Below are positions 1 to 6,990 of a stretch of DNA of 33,317 nt, in pieces (positions within the stretch are counted from its first letter, which is position 1; each line of letters starts with the position of its first letter). The notes beneath the pieces are model-generated. The model was not told the DNA's origin. It worked only from the letters and a program-made list of their open reading frames with translations, and ran no database searches. This DNA comes from Eubacteriales bacterium (GTDB lineage: Bacteria; Bacillota; Clostridia; Oscillospirales; RGIG5299). The stretch lies in contig JAZRNU010000097.1 in the NCBI GenBank assembly GCA_045648325.1, positions 1-33,317 on the forward strand. Direction: 5' to 3'. Position numbers and translations under genes: made by a program.

Positions 1-62
1 GTGGTCTTACCGTGGTCAACGTGGGCGATGATCGCAACGTTTCTTATGTCGTTTCTTACCAA
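1..62 (-). CDS. typA: TypA/BipA translational GTPase, first ~20 codons only (gene continues past the left edge)
   Basis: Not in the ORF track. The reverse complement of 1-62 reads [23 protein letters not shown], the G1/P-loop N-terminus of translational GTPases. AHVDHGKTT preceded by IRNVAII is the TypA/BipA pattern. An AAGGAAG Shine-Dalgarno lies about 8 nt upstream of the TTG at 60-62. Confidence 0.7.
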   Translation of the reverse strand, partial: MVRNDIRNVAIIAHVDHGKT

Positions 63-114
63 ATCTATTACTTCCTTTTCAAAGAAGATTTTTAACGTAT
101 TTTACCAACTATAC

Positions 115-143
115 ATTATAGCACTTTTATATAAAACTTGCAA
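115..143 (-). promoter_or_regulatory. sigma-A type promoter for typA
   Basis: On the minus strand: TTGCAA (138-143), 17-nt spacer, TATAAT (115-120), about 50 nt upstream of the typA start. Confidence 0.5.
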
Positions 144-218
144 TATAAACGTGAAAATTAAGCGGGATTTTTCTGCAAAAATCCTTTTCATAATTGCTTT
201 TCCGGCAGCTCAGAACGT

Positions 219-249
219 AAAGAAACCGACCGTTACGGTCGGTTTCTTT
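219..249 (-). terminator. Intrinsic terminator-like hairpin at the end of the phage-like module
   Basis: Perfect inverted repeat AAAGAAACCGACCG (219-232) / CGGTCGGTTTCTTT (236-249). It starts at the holin stop codon. The arms are A/T-rich at their outer ends, so it could act in both directions. Confidence 0.6.
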
Positions 250-638
250 CATTCCTTTAGTTGTTTTAAAGCGTCAAGCAGCTTTTCGGGCAGCGGAACT
301 CCCATTTTGCCTGCGTTTTCAAGCACCGAAAGCCCTTCGTTTGCAATCATAAAATAGCAAAACGCGGTTTTGAATATGAAATCGGTTTCAAGTAATCGGT
401 CGATCATAACCGCCACTATCACACAGCATAAGATAGTTATCTTTTTGAGTATTCCCAAAAGTCCCTGCTTGCTTGAAAGAGTCTTGGTATATGCCGCCGC
501 AACAATTCCCGTAATATAGTCAAGCACTATGAATATGCAAAGAGTTATTACCGAAATGTCAAAGCCTCCGAAAAGATAGGTCGCAAAGGTGCAGACCGCC
601 GCAAACGCCCCCTTTAAAGCGATGAGTGCACCGTTCAT
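249..638 (-). CDS. Holin, Phage_holin_4_1 (TcdE-like / toxin secretion-phage lysis holin) family
   Basis: 129 aa with three hydrophobic segments. Contains the family-typical LDYITGI and ANEGLSVLENAGKMG motifs. GGAGGA ribosome binding site. Its ATG overlaps the upstream stop (ATGA at 635-638). Confidence 0.88.
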   Translation of the reverse strand: MNGALIALKGAFAAVCTFATYLFGGFDISVITLCIFIVLDYITGIVAAAYTKTLSSKQGLLGILKKITILCCVIVAVMIDRLLETDFIFKTAFCYFMIANEGLSVLENAGKMGVPLPEKLLDALKQLKE

Positions 639-1420
639 GAAACGTCCTCCTCGCTCAAATAAAGCATCTTTCTTACCCTTTCTATATCGGCTTCCGAAAA
701 GAGTCCGCTTTGCCTCATAAGGGAAAACTCCCTTATAAGCAGGCTTTTATATGCCGTGCCCTTGTAGGTCGAATTTTTTATCATATTGTCGCAAAGGGTC
801 TTAAGCTCCTTGTCTGAAAGAGCGCCCGTGGTTGCCTCTTCTTCGTTTTTCTTCATTTCAAGGTATTCGGCATTCAAGCGGTTTTTTATCTCGTCAAGCT
901 TTATGCGGGTGTCCTCAATAAGCTTTTCCTCTGCCGCCCTAAGCTCTGCTGACTCATATTCCCTTTCAAGCTCGCGCTCCTTTTCCTCTGCTGCCGCCTT
1001 GTTTTCAAGCGACATTATCGTTTCCTTGAGTTCGTTTTCGTTTATGCCCTTCATAATAAGAGCCTTTTCGAGATAATCCTCGCCGTCTTCCTTTGCTTCC
1101 TTGCCGGTTATTCCCTTATAAACGTTTTTAAGCTCTGAAAGTCGGGCGTTTCGGCGCATATCCGCCTCGTCGGAATAGTTCTTTTTTACCGTTTCGCTTT
1201 TTGTGCTTTGGGTGTTTTTCAAAAGCGCATTTGCCGCCGCAGCGCTCTCGTCATCGAGCTTTTTATTTTTCAGCGCGTTTTCCGCCTTAAGCTTTTTAAT
1301 CGCCGCCGCGAGAGAGGAAACGGCAGAGCTCGCCTTTTCCTTCTCGCTTATTTTATTTTCTTCTCCGAGCTTTGAAGCAAGCTCGTTTATATCGTTTAAA
1401 ATTGCGTTTGTCTTTTTCAT
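635..1420 (-). CDS. Highly charged coiled-coil phage protein, function unknown (internal/ejection or fibre-like protein possible)
   Basis: The ORF track gives 635-1468. I prefer the ATG at 1420 (MKKTNAILND...) because AGGAAGTG sits 5-6 nt upstream and this removes the overlap with the upstream gene. The protein is rich in E/K/A heptad-like sequence. Its position is between the putative tail gene and the holin. Confidence 0.7.
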   Translation of the reverse strand: MKKTNAILNDINELASKLGEENKISEKEKASSAVSSLAAAIKKLKAENALKNKKLDDESAAAANALLKNTQSTKSETVKKNYSDEADMRRNARLSELKNVYKGITGKEAKEDGEDYLEKALIMKGINENELKETIMSLENKAAAEEKERELEREYESAELRAAEEKLIEDTRIKLDEIKNRLNAEYLEMKKNEEEATTGALSDKELKTLCDNMIKNSTYKGTAYKSLLIREFSLMRQSGLFSEADIERVRKMLYLSEEDVS

Positions 1421-1431
1421 TTCTTCACTTC

Positions 1432-3126
1432 CTATCTTCTGTTTACCGTGTAAAGCTTTGTTGCGCAAATCACTACCTCGTCAACGTTTAACTCCTCGTT
1501 CTCCTTTTGCGAGCGGATAAGCAGGTCAAGGGTGTAAAACCTTTCCTTTTTGGCACCTATTCTCGTGATTTGCTCCTTTTTACTTCTGTACCCCGTTTTG
1601 ATCTCGTATGTGGTGGGGCTTTCGGAAACGTCACCTATTACCGAAATTTCACCGCCGTTTAAAAGACCGGTTTTTATAAAAACGTCGGTAAGCTGCTTTT
1701 TACGGAACGACGTTCCGAAATCTATTCCCTCAAGATAACAATAGGCGTCTATCGGGCGTCTTTCATCGGAGGGGGTTATATCAACGTAAATATCGTTAAA
1801 CTCGCAAAGGTAGCCATCGTTATCAATAAACTTCAGGCTCGTGCCCTGCTCGAAAATATTAGAAATCGGAAGTCCCTCGAGAGTATAAAAGACGTCGTTT
1901 TTGTAATTCCAGACTATCACCGTGCTGTCGGAGGTTATCCAAAGCTCGTTTTTCGTTTTTAAATTGAATATTCCTTCAAAGCTTGCCCGTTTGAGAGCCG
2001 CCGACACTCTGTCGCTTATTGTCACAACGTTTTTCTCGCTTTTTTCTGCAGTTGAAACAAGCCTCAAAAGCTTGTCGCCGGTTAAAAATACGGGTACGTT
2101 ATCGGCAATCAGCGCAGGACATTTCAAGTCAAATGCCGTTCCGTTAAGAAGCGAAAGAGGATATGAAACGTCGCCGTTTTCGGAAATACAAAGACTGCTT
2201 ACGAATATACCCGACGAGGTGAAAATCACCATCTGACCGTAGTGGCAGATCATATCGTAAATCATTCCCGACGAGCCTACCTCGTCGGAGTTATCTATAG
2301 GGAAATAACCCACGTTGCCGCCGTAGGAATAATAGCGTCGGTTTTTCGAACTGTTCCAGAGGAAAAGATCGCTTTGCAAATTTCCGCCGAAAAACACCGC
2401 TCTGTTACAGTTTAAAATTTCGTTTTTATTCTGCGAAAGCTCGGGAACGCGGTAGGTAACCTTTACCTTTGTACCCGCAGGAAGAGGAGGTGAAACGGTA
2501 AAGCTTCCCGCCTCCTCTCCAGGCGCGGCGGTAACGGGATAGCGGCATTCGGAAACGGTAATGTCGCAGGCGGTTTTGTATTTAAGAAAATAAGGTGAGC
2601 TGCCGTCGGTAATAAACTCCTCGGAAACAAGATCGGTAAGAGCGTTTTCCTTTTCAAACGGCTCGTAAACCGTACCCGAGGGCGATTTGTTTATTGCAAT
2701 GGTGGGAATGTAAATTTCCGGCTCAACTACGTTTAAGTGGTTATCAAAGCAGGTGAATTCTCCGCCCACAAGATAAAGCTTATCGTCCTTTACAAAGCAT
2801 TTTCCTTTACCCGCGCTTTTCCTCTCGTAAACCTTCACAAAGGTATAGTTCTGAAATCTGAAGCCCCAAAGCGCGGTTTCGGTCAGCACGAGAAACGAAA
2901 AGTTATACATCGTCTGGGTGGCGAAGAAAACGATATCAAGCGCCTTGCCCTCAACCGAATTCTGCGAGCCAAGCTGAAAGCCTTTTCTTTTTCGCAGCTT
3001 GCCGTCGTCGGTTATTGTGAAATTCACAAGCCCCCTTGCCTCACCGAGCGCCGTCTTTGAGGAATAAATGCTATCGTTAAGGCCCAAAAAGGTTGAAATC
3101 GAAACAGCGGTGTCAGAAACTGCCAT
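1432..3126 (-). CDS. Large beta-rich phage structural protein (candidate tail tube/nozzle or tail knob)
   Basis: The ORF track gives 1432-3168. The likely start is the ATG at 3126 (MAVSDTAVSIS...), with GGAG 10 nt upstream. About 564 aa, with little predicted helix and many aromatic/Gly beta-type segments. It follows the capsid and a ~190-aa protein, as a podovirus nozzle gene would. I recognise no family motif, so the functional call rests on position only. Confidence 0.55.
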   Translation of the reverse strand: MAVSDTAVSISTFLGLNDSIYSSKTALGEARGLVNFTITDDGKLRKRKGFQLGSQNSVEGKALDIVFFATQTMYNFSFLVLTETALWGFRFQNYTFVKVYERKSAGKGKCFVKDDKLYLVGGEFTCFDNHLNVVEPEIYIPTIAINKSPSGTVYEPFEKENALTDLVSEEFITDGSSPYFLKYKTACDITVSECRYPVTAAPGEEAGSFTVSPPLPAGTKVKVTYRVPELSQNKNEILNCNRAVFFGGNLQSDLFLWNSSKNRRYYSYGGNVGYFPIDNSDEVGSSGMIYDMICHYGQMVIFTSSGIFVSSLCISENGDVSYPLSLLNGTAFDLKCPALIADNVPVFLTGDKLLRLVSTAEKSEKNVVTISDRVSAALKRASFEGIFNLKTKNELWITSDSTVIVWNYKNDVFYTLEGLPISNIFEQGTSLKFIDNDGYLCEFNDIYVDITPSDERRPIDAYCYLEGIDFGTSFRKKQLTDVFIKTGLLNGGEISVIGDVSESPTTYEIKTGYRSKKEQITRIGAKKERFYTLDLLIRSQKENEELNVDEVVICATKLYTVNRR

Positions 3127-3688
3127 TTGCTTCACACTCCGTTCCCACGGCATCGTCCATTTCCTCAAAAAAGCCCTGCGATTTCATCGCGCGCAATCGG
3201 CTCCTTGCTCTTTCGAATTTTTCAGCAAATTCGGCCGAAAGAGATGCATTTTCCTCCTTCATAAACACAGAGGCAAGATAATAGGGCACCGTGGAAATTA
3301 TATCGTTATCGGAAAATGAAAATTCCGAGTTGTCATCTGTAATGGGGGCGGGTGTTGCAAGATAGGTCATCACAGCCATACCCCTGTAATCGTTGCTGTA
3401 AACCGCAACGTCCTTTATCACTTTTATTCCGGTTCCTTCAGGAAAAACCGAAACAGTCATCAGATAATCCTCCGGCAAGGGATTTATCTGCTCTGTTGTA
3501 AAATCAAGCTCGGCGATTTTAACAAGATCGAGATAGTAAACAAGCTCCCTCTGTGCCGCATCACAAAGCTCGGGAGTTCTTTTTGCAAGCAAAGCCGTAA
3601 AATCGTTATAGAGTATCTCGCCTTCATCGTCGATGTAATCGCAAAGCGCCATAGCCCTTTTAAAAACGTCGCTGACTGTTACACTCAT
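3113..3688 (-). CDS. Putative head-tail adaptor / head completion protein
   Basis: 191-aa ORF directly after the major capsid gene, with an AAAGGAGAA ribosome binding site. Its 3' end overlaps the next gene by 14 nt. The functional call rests on position and size only. Confidence 0.5.
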   Translation of the reverse strand: MSVTVSDVFKRAMALCDYIDDEGEILYNDFTALLAKRTPELCDAAQRELVYYLDLVKIAELDFTTEQINPLPEDYLMTVSVFPEGTGIKVIKDVAVYSNDYRGMAVMTYLATPAPITDDNSEFSFSDNDIISTVPYYLASVFMKEENASLSAEFAEKFERARSRLRAMKSQGFFEEMDDAVGTECEANGSF

Positions 3689-3705
3689 GATATTCTCCTT
3701 TCTTT

Positions 3706-3738
3706 AACGCTTGCCCGAATATTTTTCGGGCAAGCGTT
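3706..3738 (-). promoter_or_regulatory. Perfect 14-bp stem-loop between the capsid gene and the downstream structural genes
   Basis: AACGCTTGCCCGAA (3706-3719), 5-nt loop, TTCGGGCAAGCGTT (3725-3738). On the coding (minus) strand it is not followed by a U-tract. Confidence 0.6.
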
Positions 3739-3751
3739 TTCTCAAGCGTTA

Positions 3752-4585
3752 TCAGGCAGTGGGACCCATGCAAATCTTAACCACAACAAGCTCTGAAGGG
3801 CGAACAACCTTTGCGCCGTATACGTGAAGACCCTTTACCGCATCGGCAAAAAGACCCTCGGGGCGATAAGCCTCCATCTTCTTCATCTGACCGACAAAAG
3901 CAATTGCCTTTCTGGTTCTTGCAAAGCAATAGTGGTAGTTTGCCGCGTCGGTTACGATGCAGTTACTCATGTAAACCTTGAAGTTGTCAAACATTCCCAC
4001 AAAGCCGCTTCCAAAGGTGTTACCGTTGGGATTTTCTCTTAAAACCTTTGCCTGCCAGAGAAGCTGGTAAACTGCGGGAGAAACCTCAAGGAAAAGCTCC
4101 TCGTTCTGGGGAACGTTGTTCTCGTAAAGAGCCTTTGCCGCAGAAGCAATCAAGGCGGTAATGCTCTCTGCCGTGGCACCAAGGCTTGAAATTACCTTTC
4201 CCGCCTCGGCGTGAAGACCGTAAACGTACTTATCTGCATCGGCAGCAAGTGCTGCAGCTGCCTCGTGCATGCAGCTTTCCATAATATCGGGAGCCGACTG
4301 AAGCTCGTCAACGTCGTCAACCATAAAGTTAACGTACTTGAGCTGATCGATCTCAAGAGTGGTGGAGCCTGCGCCCTCAAGAGTTTCGGGTGCAAGAATG
4401 TCGGTGCCTACGGTGTAGGTGTTAACGGTGGGACGCTTGGTCCAGTTGATCTGAATTGAGCTGCCGGCATTTGCGGCGTCCTTTTCATAAGCTCTGTTAC
4501 AGAGCGATGCGCCTACCGAAAGGGTATCTCTTTCTCTTTCAATTGCCTTTGCCCAAATCTTCGGTTTGAAATTAGTGTATGCCAT
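3752..4585 (-). CDS. Major capsid protein (HK97-fold, P22-coat-like N-terminus)
   Basis: 277 aa located after the scaffold gene. The N-terminal F-KPKIWAK...L motif resembles the F-PEIWS start of P22-coat-type capsid proteins. AAAGGAGAAAAAA ribosome binding site. Confidence 0.7.
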   Translation of the reverse strand: MAYTNFKPKIWAKAIERERDTLSVGASLCNRAYEKDAANAGSSIQINWTKRPTVNTYTVGTDILAPETLEGAGSTTLEIDQLKYVNFMVDDVDELQSAPDIMESCMHEAAAALAADADKYVYGLHAEAGKVISSLGATAESITALIASAAKALYENNVPQNEELFLEVSPAVYQLLWQAKVLRENPNGNTFGSGFVGMFDNFKVYMSNCIVTDAANYHYCFARTRKAIAFVGQMKKMEAYRPEGLFADAVKGLHVYGAKVVRPSELVVVKICMGPTA

Positions 4586-4604
4586 TTGTTTTTTCTCCTT
4601 TTAA

Positions 4605-5270
4605 TTATTTATTTTTTTCCGAAAGTCTGCTCATAGACTTTATTGCTCTTTCGAGATTTCTCGAAAGCTCGCCGTCGGTAAGAGCATCAAGCTCATCGTC
4701 GCTGTAATACTCGCCCGAAACGGATCCGGAGCCGCCAACCGCCTCGTTTGCCGCAAGCTCGTTTGCAGTTTCCTCCGTTTTTATCTCCAAAAGCGCGTTA
4801 AGTCTTTCAATCTCGGCATTAAGTCTTTCGGTTTCCTGTGCCGAGCTGTAACGGAAAAAGCTTTCCGAAAGCCCTTTTCCCAAGCGGTATTCGCGAATAA
4901 CGCTGTCGGGTATCTTTTTCACGTCGATTCCGGGATTTTCCTTTATAAAGTCAAGAAGCTCTTTTTCTCTTGAATCATTTTGCATTTTCGCAACGTCCTC
5001 AAGAAATTTCGTCCTGTCGTCGTAGCCGCATTCCTTCGAAAGGCTTTCAAGAAGCATAAGCCCCTTATCCGATTTAAGCTCGTTTAAGCTTTGCAAGACC
5101 TTATCGTAGTTAAGTCCCTTTTGCGCAAGCATTACCGCTTCGTCCTCGGGCAAAAGCAGCTCCTCGTGGTTGTATTTTACCTTCAGCCTAAACGGCGCGT
5201 TTTCCGCATGCCCGATTTCGTTTGTAATTTCCTGCATTTCGTTTTTTTCCATTTTTTCTTTTCCTTTCAT
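4605..5270 (-). CDS. Scaffolding protein
   Basis: 221 aa, acidic and predicted helical, with a Gly/Ser linker (GGSGSVSG). It lies between portal and capsid. An alternative start at 5252 (MEKNEMQ...) has a better ribosome binding site. Confidence 0.6.
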   Translation of the reverse strand: MKGKEKMEKNEMQEITNEIGHAENAPFRLKVKYNHEELLLPEDEAVMLAQKGLNYDKVLQSLNELKSDKGLMLLESLSKECGYDDRTKFLEDVAKMQNDSREKELLDFIKENPGIDVKKIPDSVIREYRLGKGLSESFFRYSSAQETERLNAEIERLNALLEIKTEETANELAANEAVGGSGSVSGEYYSDDELDALTDGELSRNLERAIKSMSRLSEKNK

Positions 5271-5291
5271 ATCATGGTGGATATAAATTTA

Positions 5292-6812
5292 TCAAAGCTC
5301 CTCACGGTTTGAGGAAAGCTCTGTAATAAGCTCGTTTACCGCAGGCACGTAGCCCTTGGGAAGCCTTTCAAGATACTGAACGGCAGTTATCGCGCCCGAA
5401 TTAAAGAGGCTCGAAAGTGCCGCCACCGAGTTTAACTCGCTGAAATAGCTCGAGGGACCAACGTCTACCTTTACTCTTACCGCCGCACCCGCTATCTCCG
5501 AGGGCTTGTATTCAAAGCTCGTAAGACCGTTTCCGTCCGAAAGCAAAAGCTGCTTTTTGGCGGTGAATTTGGTTTTCAGAAAGTCAAGCCAGATAAGGGC
5601 AATATCCTCGGTGAAGTTATAGAGATTTTGCTTGATTATCTCCATGGGTATTGCCGCATTCTGACCGAGTGCCGCAATAGCCGCCGCATTGTCGGGACGA
5701 ATGCTCTGTCCAAGCAAAACGTCGGTTGCACCCATACACTCCTCGGTGTATTTCACGGCGCGGTCAACCAAAGCCATTGCATTGGGATCAATGCCCGCAC
5801 CCTCAAGATATTTTGCAACTCCGCTTATATCGCCGTTTACGGGAAGAGCCGCGCCTACTGCGTTTGACCAGCTTGCAACCTTCGTTTTATCGTAAACCAC
5901 CTTGGGAAAAGCGGTGTCCATAAGGCTTTTCATAGCCATTGCGAACATCTTGTTTATAAAAATCTGATTGGGAACAATTCCCTTTGCAAAGCTTTCGCCG
6001 TGGTAGCTTCCTTTCTTTTCAGTCCAGTTTGCAAATGCAACGGGATAGCGCGAAAGCCCTGTGTTGACGTCGTTTTTGAGCACTACCTCGCGGGTGGACT
6101 TTGTAAACCGTATCTTTCCGTCCTCACCTCTGTAATACTTAATAAGATAGGTGGTGCGTGCAGAACCGTCGGACTCTCCGTAATCTATTCCGTCGGAATC
6201 CGAATCGGGAATAATTTTTTCAATTTCCTCCTTTGAAAGCCCTGCCGCCCTTGCCTCGGCAATAAGCTCGGAGGTAAAGCATCTTCCCGCCAGAATTATA
6301 TAGGGCTGACGCGAAACGTCGTTTGTGGTAACGTCGCCGAAAAAGACTCTTGCGCCGTCAATAAGCTCGGTTTTAAAATCGCCTCTTATGCCGTTTGCTC
6401 TCACGGCAGTTTTATCCCAATAAACGTGAGCGCACATATCTCCCGTTATTGCCGCATCAAGAAGCGCCTTTTTGAGCTTTAAATCCATCTTGTTTTCTTC
6501 CCAGACGTATTCAGCCTCGCTGTTAAGTATCTCACTTACTCTGTCGTTTCCCGTGCGATAGGTTATCTTTATCGGCGAGGAGCAGATATAAGCGATAACG
6601 TAGTCGATTATTCTTTTAAAAATATTGAATACCGGCGTGGGAAGATTGTTTGCCTTTACTCCGTGCCACTGATCACCTCGGTAAAAGCGCTCGTTTTTAA
6701 CGGCGTTTGATTTAAACCCCGTCTGAGAGGAGTAATCGGTGCCCTTGACGTAAAGAAGCCAATCGGACGAAACCTCTCTTTCCTTCAACCTATTTCTCAA
6801 CTTCATTTTCAT
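5292..6812 (-). CDS. Portal protein
   Basis: About 505 aa, immediately downstream of the large terminase and upstream of scaffold and capsid. The ATG at 6806 has better GGGAG spacing than the one at 6812. The family call rests on position and size. Confidence 0.7.
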   Translation of the reverse strand: MKMKLRNRLKEREVSSDWLLYVKGTDYSSQTGFKSNAVKNERFYRGDQWHGVKANNLPTPVFNIFKRIIDYVIAYICSSPIKITYRTGNDRVSEILNSEAEYVWEENKMDLKLKKALLDAAITGDMCAHVYWDKTAVRANGIRGDFKTELIDGARVFFGDVTTNDVSRQPYIILAGRCFTSELIAEARAAGLSKEEIEKIIPDSDSDGIDYGESDGSARTTYLIKYYRGEDGKIRFTKSTREVVLKNDVNTGLSRYPVAFANWTEKKGSYHGESFAKGIVPNQIFINKMFAMAMKSLMDTAFPKVVYDKTKVASWSNAVGAALPVNGDISGVAKYLEGAGIDPNAMALVDRAVKYTEECMGATDVLLGQSIRPDNAAAIAALGQNAAIPMEIIKQNLYNFTEDIALIWLDFLKTKFTAKKQLLLSDGNGLTSFEYKPSEIAGAAVRVKVDVGPSSYFSELNSVAALSSLFNSGAITAVQYLERLPKGYVPAVNELITELSSNREEL

Positions 6813-6978
6813 CTCCCGTGTAATTCATAATTGCTTCAAGCTCGGCTTCGATATCGAAGTCAAAGCTTTTGTTCTGATCTTCCTTCTGTTTCTGAGACCT
6901 CTCTTTTCCGAAAAGCACCGCCGCAAGCGAGAGCGTAGCGGCAACTCCCGAAAGAAGCCCCGAAAGATAAATAAGCAT
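6790..6978 (-). CDS. Small membrane peptide with acidic tail, between terminase and portal
   Basis: 62 aa with one N-terminal TM helix (LIYLSGLLSGVAATLSLAAVLF) and then a K/E/D-rich tail. GAAAGGAAG ribosome binding site 5 nt before the ATG. Its 3' end overlaps the portal start. Confidence 0.6.
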   Translation of the reverse strand: MLIYLSGLLSGVAATLSLAAVLFGKERSQKQKEDQNKSFDFDIEAELEAIMNYTGDENEVEK

Positions 6979-6990
6979 TTTTTCTTCCTT

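Noticed and set aside
165-184. AT-rich hairpin GGATTTTT-CTGC-AAAAATCC as a terminator or att structure
   Set aside because: The stem is only 8 bp and almost all A/T, and no plus-strand gene lies upstream of it. It is too weak to call and is mentioned only in connection with the 10-bp direct repeat.
1-357. 118-aa plus-strand ORF at the left edge
   Set aside because: It runs antisense through the typA N-terminus, the typA promoter, the module terminator and the 3' end of the holin gene. It has no ribosome binding site and a low-complexity translation, so it is spurious.
786-1520. Ser/Phe-rich plus-strand ORFs (786-1076 and 1203-1520) opposite the coiled-coil gene
   Set aside because: They are the mirror image of a GAA/AAG-rich coding strand and are not genes. 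Similar artefacts occur at 17655-18149, 18168-18662, 27731-28267, 29524-30093 and 30361-30873.
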